From assembly GCA_051294375.1 (NCBI GenBank), contig CM119264.1, positions 12,464,263-12,528,262 of the forward strand: a DNA stretch of 64,000 bases, written 5' to 3'. The notes under the pieces are model-generated. The model ran no database searches, was not told the origin of the DNA, and saw nothing but the letters and a program-made list of their open reading frames with translations. Each line of letters starts with the position of its first letter. Position 1 is the stretch's first letter. Positions 1 through 10,382 of this stretch are shown here, piece by piece. The stretch comes from Paraspadella gotoi (taxonomy: Eukaryota > Animalia > Chaetognatha). Position numbers and translations under genes: made by a program.

Positions 1-854
1 CGTTGTCCATTTCATCGGACTTCATTTCCCATTCCACTCCCTCTCTCTCTCTCCAGGCATTCAGGTTTCTATATAGCGTGAATGAAATAAAGCTATTTCC
101 GTTGAAATGAAAAACAATACATGCTTATTGGATATGTTTTTTTTTTCAAAGCAGATGTTCAATGCGAAAAAAAAACGAAACAAAACAAAAGAATCTAAAC
201 TAAAAAAAAACCTAAAAAGAGGCTTAGAGAGAATTTGTCCGCTAAAAACGCAACCGTCGCTACTGAGTCGATCACGTGACTCCTGGATGGGCGAAGGCAG
301 AGACGAGGAAGAAGCGACTCGTTCGCTCTTTTCGATTGACATTTAAAACGCGGATCCGCCATCTTGGCGAGGGAAGACAAGCAAATGCAAAAAAAAAAAA
401 AAAAAGATATTAATCGCTTCGTCTGTAACTTTAAATTTCAAGTCGAAAAGAGAATCTCTACAAATTTTTTTTGAAGAAGACTTTTATGTGGAGAGTTTTT
501 GTTTGTTAGAATGGAGGGGATGATTTAGAGGAAGGGAGGAGGTGTGGGAGGAAAGGAAAGGGGAGGAAAGGAAAGGGGAGGAAAGGAAAGGGGAGAAGGA
601 CAGGGAGGTAGAGGAAGCCAGGGGAGGAAAAGACGAGAGAGACGGAGAGGAAGAAAGACGGGTAGAGAGAGAGGGAGAGAAATGAAGGCGAGGAACTTTA
701 ATTCCAGTCACATCTTTTGAATAAATAAACTGCAAAAACAGAAAAAAAATATGAAAATTCTCTCTTTGTGTTTGATTTTCTGCGCTGAGAGGATGAAAAC
801 GTGAAAAGAAAGAAAGAAAAAAAGAAAGAAAGAAAGAAAAAAAGAAAGAAAAAA

Positions 855-890
<36 letters not shown>

Positions 891-1803
891 CAGACAGTCA
901 CAAATAAAAAACAAATGAATGAATAAAAAAGAAAGAATGAGAGAAAGAAAGAAAAGACGAAAGAGAGGCGAGAAAAATAGAAATTAATAAAAATCTAAAT
1001 AAGGAGAGAGCGAAAGAAAAAATAGCAAAAGTAAAAAAAAAGATAAAAAAAGATAAAAAAAATAAGAAAAGTAAAGAGGATAAATGAAAAAAGGAGAAGC
1101 TAAAAAAAACCGTGCAGTTCATCTGCAATAAAATTCTTGCGCCCGCGTGACATTTAGCTCATTCCGTTTTCTGCTGGGTTGACAGAGAGCGACGCAGAGG
1201 GTTCAGCAATGTGAGCGTGCCATGGAAGATTCTTCACATTAGCTTAAGGCATTAAGGCATTGAGAGCATTATCTAATATATATCCCCGTGAATAATTAAG
1301 GAAGAAAGGAAGTGATCGGATCTTGGTCAAATCGCGCTCGGACATGAGGCCTGCCATGTGGGATGCCGGCATACTGCGCTGCATTTCGTGCTGCCAAGTC
1401 GGAACTCATGGTGCCGAGTCTGAAAGGAGCGACGATGATAAAATGGTCATAAAAGAAGGCAGGCGACGACCCAGAGTTTAATGGAGGCCGCCGGCCGCCC
1501 GGGTCTTGATGCGTCTCCTAAGAAGAAGTTTTGGTTTTTCTTCTGTCCTCGATGCATCTCCTTAAAACTTTTAATACAAGGAATTTGCCTTTTTAACTCC
1601 TCTCTTTAAGCAACAATTAATTTTATTTATTCTCTCTTTAAAATATAATGCATTTAAAAATCATTTGCTAAGAGTCTGAAAAAATGGATCAGAACGTTGT
1701 TGAATTTTGCCAATGATTAAAATTAGTTTAATTAGTGAGATACGTTTTCAAAACAACAAGAAAATACCGTATTTTTTTAAAAGAAATTTCGGACGGAACT
1801 CAG

Positions 1804-1817
1804 TTTACCATGGCAAC
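1804..1817. promoter_or_regulatory. RFX X-box-like palindrome
   Basis: TTTACCATGGCAAC closely resembles the X-box consensus GTTGCCATGGCAAC and lies beside a CpG-rich stretch (1830-2110). Confidence 0.35.
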
Positions 1818-2388
1818 GAAAACAACAACACCATGAACGATAACATCGAGGAGGACGAAGAGGCGATCTCCAGTTCGATTTCATTATCGTTCCTCCGAAA
1901 ATCCGCTTTCGCTTCTAAAAACAAATAAATGGAAGCGAGAAACGAGACGGAAAGTTGAAAGGAGAGACGAACCGTTTGAAGTGTTTTGAAGTGTTGGCGT
2001 AAAAATAGGCGGCGACGGCGGAGGCGGTCGTCGGGCGGTACGAGAGGCGGTCGAGAGGCTTTAGGCTAGGGCTTTAGTTTTTTGTTGAGGCAGATTCGCG
2101 GGAGAGCATAGATCTTTTTGACGGTTTTCGTTCGACGAAGATTTTTTTTTTTTTTTTTTGGCGGGAAGACAAACAAAGATTTCCAAGTAGAAAGATTTGA
2201 AAACTTGGAAAGACGCGCGATTTGAAAATTTAGGAAACAAGTTGGAACAAGTCGGATCTGCTCACAATGATTAAGCGGTAATCAGCTAATCAGATGATAA
2301 ATCACGATAATTCTTCCAATTTTTGATACTAATTGATCATAACAACTCGTACCGTACCAAACTAGTGGCCGCTGCCAAAATATGTAAA

Positions 2389-2490
2389 TCGCATCATTTT
2401 TTCAATTTGTAACATTTTTTTTCAATTTGCATAATTTTTACAATTCGCATCATTTTTTCAACTTGCATAATTTTTTCAACTTGAATCATT
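2389..2490. repeat. ~18-bp degenerate minisatellite
   Basis: Repeated TTGCATMATTTTTTCAA-like units. Confidence 0.7.
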
Positions 2491-2860
2491 TTGGCAAATA
2501 TCTAGGAATCCAGCTGACGATGATTTGTAGCTGATNNNNNNNNNNTTCAACTTGCAAGGAATCCAGCTGACCATGATTTGTAGCTGATTTATAGATATTT
2601 TTAACTTTTTTATCATAATCTTTGTCTTTTAAGCTAATATTTATTTTCAATAAACATTATTTTTCGAAACTTTCATCTTTCTTTTCTTTTTAAACTAAAT
2701 TTCTTTTTATTTACAAAAATCCTAACTTATAAAAAAGTATTCACAGTAATAATACAGTATTTAATTTTTTAAAATTATTTTTATTTTTTCTAGAAACATA
2801 AAAGTAATAACAAAAATTCGCTACAACAATACAAATTTTTAAATCCGTTAACAAAAATAG

Positions 2861-3366
2861 TATACCACTTCATTGATAGGGAAGCCAGGTTCGCTGGGAA
2901 TGAATAAATAAGACTGTGAGAGAGTCTTGATTGAAAGCTTGCAGAAACCTGCTACGTTATTATCTTGTAAGTGTGATGGAGGCCTTAAACCACCAAAGCC
3001 TGTCCAAAGTCAGGGACAAGATAGCTTATTTATTAAATGAATGGATAATTTTTATATTGGTTGTACCAATTTCATAAAATTCAGCTCCTTATATTTTGAT
3101 GCAAGTGCGGAGTACAATATAGTATTCCCGATCTAATACTTAAGGGAGTGGTCTTTTCATACAATTGAAACATTCTTTGAAATATTATACCACTTCATTG
3201 ATAGGGAAGCCAGGTTCACTGGGAGTGAATAAATAAGACTGTGAGAGAGTCTTGATTATGTTATTATCTTGTAAGTGTGATGGAGGCCTGTCCAAAGTCA
3301 GGGACAAGATAGCTTATTTATTAAATCAATGGATAATTTTTATATTGGTTGTACCAATTTCATAAC
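2861..3366 (+). repeat. Tandem copies (period ~326 bp) of a dispersed repeat family
   Basis: 2861-3077 matches 3187-3366 (TATACCACTTCATTGATAGGGAAGCCAGG...TTGTACCAATTTCATAA). A diverged copy lies at ~11715-11946, an inverted fragment at ~12120-12200, and 3' fragments at ~7682, 17120, 21595 and 27285. Confidence 0.85.
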
Positions 3367-3513
3367 TGTACGAAAATTGCATCGTACATAACAAAGTAAC
3401 ATTAGTATAAAAAAATATCGCATTAAAACATTACATCACAATAAACATTGTCTTGAGAGATCATGGTTGCCATTATACATATCAGAAAATAATAAATATC
3501 ACTCTTATAAACC

Positions 3514-3565
<52 letters not shown>

Positions 3566-3735
3566 TATTTAACTTTTGGCAACGACAATAATGAAAATAA
3601 GAAGAACATTAACAATCTTAAATATCAAAACTACATTCACAGTATATTTTCTCTACATCATCAAAATAGAAATGTTCCAGTAACATGATAAAAACAATGT
3701 AATCAAAATTCATTTTGTTGTTCTTGTTGTTGTAA

Positions 3736-4413
3736 TCAAACTTGTCCTGTCGTCAAATCAACTTCTCCTCTTTTTTCTTCCTCGCTCATTTGATGGAACC
3801 AATTATGATCCAAAGCCTCGTCAACCGTGATTCGATTTCGAGGCTCCAAATCCAGGCAGCGTAGAATGAGGTCGATAATGGCCGGTGTGGCACGACCCCT
3901 CAACTCGGTGAAAATATCTTTCGAGCCAGGCGGGTTGCGGCGATCTCCATTTTTGTTCCAACTCGGGCGAAGGAACCGGTGTCCGTTAGGACAGAGTTTA
4001 TCCCCGTCGCAGCCGCAAGCCTCGCAACCGCAACGGCACGAGCCGTCCGGGTTCTTACGGCATATGACGTCACCACAGCGGCAGAAGCTGGTCGAGTAAC
4101 GCGGCGTGCCGTCGCGGCGCACGAAGCGTTGCGATTTCTTGCCACGCATCAATAGGTCACGCGGCATGTGTCCCAGCAATTCGCTTATGACGGCAAATTG
4201 GTCAAGGTTGCCGCGGCCGCGCAGCAAAGGCCGTCCCGTCAACATTTCGGCCAAAATGCAACCGAATGACCAAATATCCATCGGTTTGCCGTATTCGGCG
4301 CCGAGAATTACCTCTGGTGAGCGGTAGTGTCGAGTTTGGATGTAGACGTAAGGAGTATGTCCGGAAATGACTGAATTGCCTAGATCAAGAATTTTGAGTC
4401 CGCGGCTATCGGG
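3736..4413 (-). CDS. DYRK2: DYRK last coding exon (subdomains VII-XI, Cys-rich CMGC insert, stop)
   Basis: Acceptor ttccttcag|CCC at 4414/4413; reads PDSRGLKILDLGNSVISGHTPYVYIQTRHYRSPEVILGAEYGKPMDIWSFGCILAEM... to TGA at 3736-3738 (678 nt). Confidence 0.95.
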   Translation of the reverse strand, partial: PDSRGLKILDLGNSVISGHTPYVYIQTRHYRSPEVILGAEYGKPMDIWSFGCILAEMLTGRPLLRGRGNLDQFAVISELLGHMPRDLLMRGKKSQRFVRRDGTPRYSTSFCRCGDVICRKNPDGSCRCGCEACGCDGDKLCPNGHRFLRPSWNKNGDRRNPPGSKDIFTELRGRATPAIIDLILRCLDLEPRNRITVDEALDHNWFHQMSEEEKRGEVDLTTGQV

Positions 4414-7400
4414 CTGAAGGAAGGAGAGAGAGAGAAAATTAGTTTTAAAATATCAATACAAAAATCAGTTTTTGAAATAAGAGAAATTGTAGTAGATTAA
4501 TTTGTGGATTATTTCAAATGAGAGTTTCTCAATCTCATTTGCATATTGTCGTAATCTGATTAGGCTTTGATAAATTTTGATAAATTTCTTGAAAATAAGT
4601 GAAAAATCCATTCATCAATCATTAGAAAAATCAATTAATGCAACCAAATCTAAAAATCAATTTTTTTTAACCAATTAAGTAAAGAATGAATCTATCATTC
4701 AATCAATCAAACGATTCAATGATATAAATTTAAATACTTCATTTGATTGAATCAACCAATCAATAAATCCTCCATCTTCACCTTCAGCGCAATATTATCC
4801 GGCTTGAGATCGCAATGGACATATTCGTTGTCATGGAGATGCCTTATCCCCAACAACAACGAATATGCCATTCTCCTTGCCACCGGTTCCGGGAATCCCT
4901 GGAAGCCCCCTTCCTCCAGGCGGCCTTCGAGACTCTGGCCAAGGAGCTCGAAGACCAGAATCGGATGACCCCGGAAGTCGGGGTGACTGTCCAAGAGACG
5001 GACGACGTTGCCGACATCGTTGGGATCACTTTTGGCCAAAATCTTTAAACGAGTGGCTTCTCTGATGGCCTCAAGGACGCCGTTCTTCTCTTTGCGCAGA
5101 ATTTTGATGGCGACACGTTGGGATGTTTTATGGTCTAAGGCTTCGAAGACTTGGCCGAACGTGCCTTTGCCTAGTGGGAGGGGGAGAGAGAGAGAGAGAG
5201 AAAATACATTTTATGAATAATATAATTTAAAACGAAGTTTTGAAAAGTAATAAAAAATACATTTTTTACAAAAATATTTAATATTTAATCCATAACCGGA
5301 ATACCTAACCTTATCATATAACCCTAATGCCAAATTAAATATTTATCCAAATCCCCTAACATGATATCTATAATAACCTCCTAAATTAACCTAAAACTGC
5401 CTGAATTTTGAATTTGAAAATTAACTTACCTAAGACTTGGAGTATTTCGTATCGGTATAGGATGTGATCCCCTCGAAGATATTTATAGAATCCTTTGTGA
5501 TCATCGAACTCAAGTTCTTCGTCGCGTAGAAAGTGAACGTTTTTCCTGTTAATAAAAACAAATGTTAATCGTATTGAAATAATGGTTTAAATTTTTTTTT
5601 AGTATAATTCCTTTTTAATATTTTAAGATCACAAGGGTAAAAAATATTGAAAGAAAAGCTTTATCATTCTTTATTTTCGTTACATTAGCTGAATTTATTT
5701 TCTTGATTCAGAATTAGAAAACATCAGAATTTTATAAAAAAGTTTGAATCGCTTTAGTTACAATTTACTATTAAAAACCAGTTAATAACCAGTTTATTAT
5801 ATGTTAAATTATACAAAATGATTTAATATTAGCATGATATAAAAAAGCACTTTATTTAATATTTTAATACAATAATCGATACCCATAGAGCATTTTTGTG
5901 AGCGTGATTTTGTGAGTCACCCATTACCTGTAAGCATTGCCGCCAACGAAGTGAATTTCACTAAAGTTTCTTGCTTCTTTCATTTCCCATTGAGTCAAGT
6001 TCTTCACGGACGGGCAAGGGGTGTGAACAGCAGAAGGAGGAGGAGGAGGAGGAGGAGGAGGTGGAGGAGGCGGAGGAGAAGAAGAGAGACAGGGAGGATG
6101 AGAGGGCGAATTTTCTGTACGTTCGTCTTGAACTGGCGTTCCGGGAGATTTAGTCTGTAGGGAAGAACAGGTTGAAAATAAGAAATAATGGTAAATAATA
6201 ATAATAATGATAACTTTTAGAGATTTGAAAAATGAAAGTAGATTCGATTATTACAGTACATTCTGTAGATAGATTTATTTTTATATATTTTGGAGCAATA
6301 TAACCTAATATAACTTTATATATCCTTGTTTACTATACAACATAGGAAGCTTTTAAATTTACTTTATTAAAACTTTTTCGAGTTCTTAAAAATCAACATT
6401 TTGTAAGTATTAATAAATATTTGAAAGCTTTAGATTGACTACATGATTCAAAAAAATTACAATAAAAGTAAAAAGAAAAATCTTAAAAGCATAAGGATTG
6501 TCGCAATAAGGAAAATCTGGATTGACGACAAATTTTGATACTAAAAAAATCAAATTTAAGAAAAAGAAATTTATTTATAAACAGAAAGAAAAAGAAAAAA
6601 AGAATAATAAATATAATAAAGTAAAATAACTATTTTCGAGTTTAATTTTTAGGCAAGTGATAAGTCTGGAGAGACATTATTGAAGGTACTTTTGTTTTAC
6701 TTTTAGCCCGCATAAGCGACCTCTCTAAACACTGTCACATTCCCAGACAAAAGACAAAGTGAAACTTGAATCAGACTGACGAAGGAGAGTAAAGACTAAA
6801 GTGAAGTAAAATGAAGTAAAGTAAATAAAAATAATAAAGTAAATATATATTGAAAAAAAATAGGGCGATCCGGAGTTGAATTCCCTCTGGAGGCTTATGG
6901 GAAAACGAAGAAAAAGAAGAAGAAAAAATAAAGTTCGTTTCTTTACGGAAAAGAAAATTTAAGACCGTAACAACAATGATATTAAAAACGTTTTTTAGCT
7001 TCACGAGATAAGGATTTCTTTTTAATTCTTTAAAAAATTTTAATATAATATTTTTTTTCATTGCTTTTGTGACAGATATTTATAAAATAAGTTTTTATTT
7101 GTGATAACCACAATCATTTAATAATTCGGATATGTTTTAGTTCTTATTTTTTAAACCTTCATCAACCAGTTTTAATAGTTTCAATAAATATTTGAATAAT
7201 AATTTTAAGAGATAGAGAGAGAGGCAATTTTAAACCTTGATATCTCTCACTCTCTCGATTATTAAATGACCATTGTAATCATAAATAAAAACTCTGTTAC
7301 TTTGTAAATATTATTAATTATTTTTTTTAATTTATTAATATTTAAATATTATTTTTTGAAATGTTAAATTATTGATACTTAAGCCAAAACTTAATTTTAA

Positions 7401-7989
7401 ATTTAACTTTAATTTACCCTACTTAAACTACCCTAACCTAAACTTACTCTACCACTAACTTACCCTTACCCCATAACTTACCCTAACCCCTAATTATCCT
7501 TAACCTTAAAATAACCCCTAACTCTAACTTACCCTTAACCCTAACTTACCCCTAAACTTAACTTACCCCTAACTTATTTTTAACCTTAATTTATTTTTTT
7601 ATTAACTTGTTACACTTATTCTTAATTTATTCTTAACTATAAATTTATTGTAACACTTAAGTTTTACCTAAATATATAAATGGTTGTACCAATTTAATAA
7701 AACAATAATAAAAAATATTTAAAAAAATTGATATCTGAATTCCTTAATTTTTTTCCCGAAATGTTATCCTTTCCGTTCCATTTCGTTCCTCTTCTTTTTT
7801 CCGTTAATTCTTTGGAAGAAAAACTTTGCTCTTCGTTTTCCCATAGGCCTCCAGAGGGCATTGATCTCCAGGAATGCCAAAAATAGTATTCGATTGATAT
7901 TTAGAATATTAGAAAAAAATCACAGAAATCTTCGGATGTAAATTTGGGAATAAATGTCGATAATAAAAGTTTTTAGAGGGAAAAAATTA

Positions 7990-8025
<36 letters not shown>

Positions 8026-8720
8026 CCAAATCGTTTTCAGACGAAATCAGCAGCGGGCAGCAGCAGAGGCACCCAGAAAAAAGAAAGAAATCAAAGGCAG
8101 CAGCAGAAGCAGCAGGAGAAAAAAGAAAAAGAAAGAGCCCCTGCAGAGCCAGCTGCAGACTCGTTTTTTTTCCCCTATGTCTATGAATCAGTGACTAGGG
8201 AAAAGAGAGAGGGAGAGAGACATGTAATTAAAAGAGAAAAGAGAGAGAAGAAATATAAAAATAAAGAGAGAAAATTTGTTTGTTTTGATAAAACGTAAAC
8301 AAAAATATTTTATAACTGTCCAGACTCAATTTTAAGCACATCGATGATGAGCAGCGTATTCAGCTTCATACACCCAAATTTAATCATAAAAAAGGCGATG
8401 TATAATTTATAATTTATAATATATATCGCTTTGCGTTTGCGACGATAAAAAGAAAATTAATTGGTAAATTAAATTAAATTTATTATTTAGCCAAAAGTGT
8501 TACTTACTTTATTGGGCAGGTCAGCCCGTTTTGGGAAGAATCGAGGAAGAAAGGGCAGGATAATGTTGACAAGTTGATTGACCACCGGGTCGTTGGAAGT
8601 CGGAGGCGTGAGCGAAGGAGTAGCTGATGAAGGGGAGCTGGAGACAGATGCAGCAGGGGGATGCGAAGCGTAAGGGAGAACGTCTTGACGAAAGCGACGC
8701 TTCTCTCGAATAAGAGGCAT
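3736..8720 (-). CDS. DYRK2: Class-2 DYRK dual-specificity kinase (DYRK2/3-like, divergent); spliced CDS join(8508-8720, 5928-6154, 5430-5545, 4782-5170, 3736-4413), 1623 nt, ~540 aa
   Basis: Manual splicing gives one open frame with GT..AG introns of compatible phase (0,2,1,0). It encodes a NAPA-like segment LTQWEMKEARNFSEIHFVG, DH box FDDHKGFYKYLRGDHILYRYEILQVL, GKGTFGQV, VAIK, HCDLKPDN, DLG, YVYIQTRHYRSPEVILG, DIWSFGCILAEM and a C-lobe ending LRCLDLEPRNRITVDEALDHNWF. The symbol marks subfamily resemblance, not proven orthology. Exon 1 is the least certain part. Confidence 0.9.
4782..5170 (-). CDS. DYRK2: DYRK coding exon 4 (subdomains I-VIb)
   Basis: Acceptor ctcccactag|GC, donor AAG|gtgaag; reads (G)KGTFGQVFEALDHKTSQRVAIKILRKEK...HPILVFELLG...YVHCDLKPDNIALK. 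Confidence 0.95.
5430..5545 (-). CDS. DYRK2: DYRK coding exon 3 (DH box)
   Basis: Acceptor ttattaacag|G, donor TTAG|gtaagt; reads KNVHFLRDEELEFDDHKGFYKYLRGDHILYRYEILQVL(G), matching the DYRK-homology box DDxxGxY...DHxxYRYE. Confidence 0.93.
5928..6154 (-). CDS. DYRK2: DYRK coding exon 2 (14-Pro tract plus NAPA region)
   Basis: Acceptor cttccctacag|ACT, donor TACAG|gtaatg; reads TKSPGTPVQDERTENSPSHPPCLSSS(P)14SAVHTPCPSVKNLTQWEMKEARNFSEIHFVGGNAY(R), resembling the class-2 DYRK NAPA segment (LTxFExxEIxxYxEIYFxG). Confidence 0.88.
6865..7880. mobile_element. Degenerate inverted-repeat (MITE-like) element in DYRK intron 1 with a telomere-like core
   Basis: CCCTCTGGAGGCTTATGGGAAAACGAAG (6883-6910) is the reverse complement, with 1 mismatch, of CTTCGTTTTCCCATAGGCCTCCAGAGGG (7831-7858). 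The interior contains CCCTAA/CTTACC-type repeats at ~7415-7580. Confidence 0.6.
8508..8720 (-). CDS. DYRK2: Probable DYRK first coding exon (Ser/Pro-rich N-terminus)
   Basis: ATG at 8718-8720 (MPLIREKRRFRQDVLPYASHPPAASVSSSPSS...RADLPNK), consensus donor AAA|gtaagt at 8508/8507, phase 0 matching the exon-2 acceptor; GC-rich relative to flanks. No homology support from motifs. Confidence 0.65.
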
Positions 8721-9280
8721 GATGAGACCGAGATGGAGTTGGAGCGAGACAGAGTCGGACGTAAATAAAATAAAAGTTTGATTGCGAGAAAGATGGAGAG
8801 CGAGAGATCGATTTTCGATTTCGATATACGAGAGAAAGAAATATCGCGATTTCGTCAAAGAAAATTTGCGAAAGAGAGTGAGACTGAGATGGTGAGGTTC
8901 TTTTTTTATAGGGGAGGGAGATAGAGAGAGAGAGATCGAAAGATCGAAGGAGGAGGAAGAGCAAGAGAAAGAGAGAGATCGACTCCCCGGAGTCGATCCT
9001 TTGTTTTTGTCTTCGTCGTCAACGTCATTTCTTCTCCTCTCACTCTCAACCTGCATCATAGAATCGTCGTGTCATCGAGTTTGTCAATCGTCGTCGTTGT
9101 CATCCCTAAGATGTATATGATTTCTTTATACACTTTATAACCTAAATATTTAAATGCATTCGTAAACATTTCTTTATTAATTATTCTCTCTCTATTATTA
9201 AACTTAAAAAAAATATAATTAACTGAAGTTAACTTACGTATTCTCTTCTTCGTCGTCATCGTCGTCGTTGCCTTCGTCTC

Positions 9281-9331
<51 letters not shown>

Positions 9332-9335
9332 CCTC

Positions 9336-9379
<44 letters not shown>

Positions 9380-9751
9380 TTCTCTCTTTCCGGGAAAAAG
9401 TGAAGCCACCAACTCATTGATTTCATCATTCGTCGTCGACGTAGAAAAAGAAAGAAAGAAAAACAAAAGAAAGAAAGAAAGTGAAACTATCGACTGATCT
9501 AAGTTTCTAAAAGAACTAATAATGTTTAAAGAAAGTTATATTTTAGCAAACAACAAACAGTAATGAATAAAGAAAACTAATATTATAATTGAAAATGGTT
9601 ATTAGTTTGAGAAGAAAGGAAAGGGGGACAGTGTGGCAGTATATTCAGACAATTATCCACTTCTCTCTGCTTTTAAATTTCGTTTATCAATTAATGACTT
9701 CCTAACCGAACGATGTATTTTGCATAATGTGTTATAATGTATAATGTATAA

Positions 9752-10382
9752 TAAGGCGTAGTGAAAGTTTACATACGAAAATTCTAAAAGTCCAATTATG
9801 AACAACATACCATCAGTGAACATTAATTTGTAAAAAAATTAATTTTATGTTTTTTAATTTTCGCAGTAGCATATTTATATATAGTACTATCCTTATAAAA
9901 TCGAAAAATTTTTAAAAAATAGGCTTTTCTTTAAATTTTGATTGCAGATTTGAAATTCCTCGTCAAAAAGTTGATAAAAGAAAATATAAATCATTTTTAA
10001 AAAATTTTTTTCATTAAGTGGGTTAAAAATAAAAGAAACTATATTTAATATATAAAAAGTTAATTTCAGCTTAAAAATATAGCTTTTTTTAATTTTGACC
10101 CACTTAATGAAGGAATTTTCAAAAGAGTTATAATTTTCTTTTTATCAACTTTTTATGACGAATCCAAATCTGCAAAAATATCTTTTTTAAAAAAACTGTT
10201 TTGAAAATTTTAACATTTATTGGTTTAGTACTAGTATAAAATATGGCCTAACTGCGTAAATTGAAAAAATTATTATAAAGTTTTTTATTACATAAATGTT
10301 CATTAGTAATAAATGTTGTTCATGTCTCAATTTAGAATTTTAAATTAAAGTTAAATTTAGAAATTTTATAACGGCCCTTAAT
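9752..10382. mobile_element. AT-rich foldback/palindromic MITE
   Basis: Arms mirror about ~10055: ATGAACAACA/TGTTGTTCAT, TGCAGATTTG/CAAATCTGCA, AAAAAGTTGATAAAAG/TTTTATCAACTTTTT, TTCATTAAGTGGGTTAAAA/TTTTGACCCACTTAATGAA. A related core occurs at ~31490-31720 and ~36535-37020. Confidence 0.75.

Noticed and set aside
484-1128. ORFs rich in F/S/L or E/R/K here and throughout the window (e.g. 9056-9466, 28360-29007, 33413-34294, 46619-47140, 53350-53938)
   Set aside because: Translations of purine-rich tracts and (GA)n, (AAAG)n or (AAGAG)n microsatellites; no domain motifs or splice support.
2505-2590. Direct repeat AGGAATCCAGCTGAC.ATGATTTGTAGCTGAT
   Set aside because: The two copies flank a 10-N gap; probably overlapping contig ends.
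3827-5220. Plus-strand and alternate-frame ORFs overlapping the kinase exons
   Set aside because: Shadow frames of GC-rich DYRK coding sequence.
7415-7580. True telomere or chromosome-fusion scar
   Set aside because: Short, highly degenerate, intronic and enclosed by MITE-like inverted arms.
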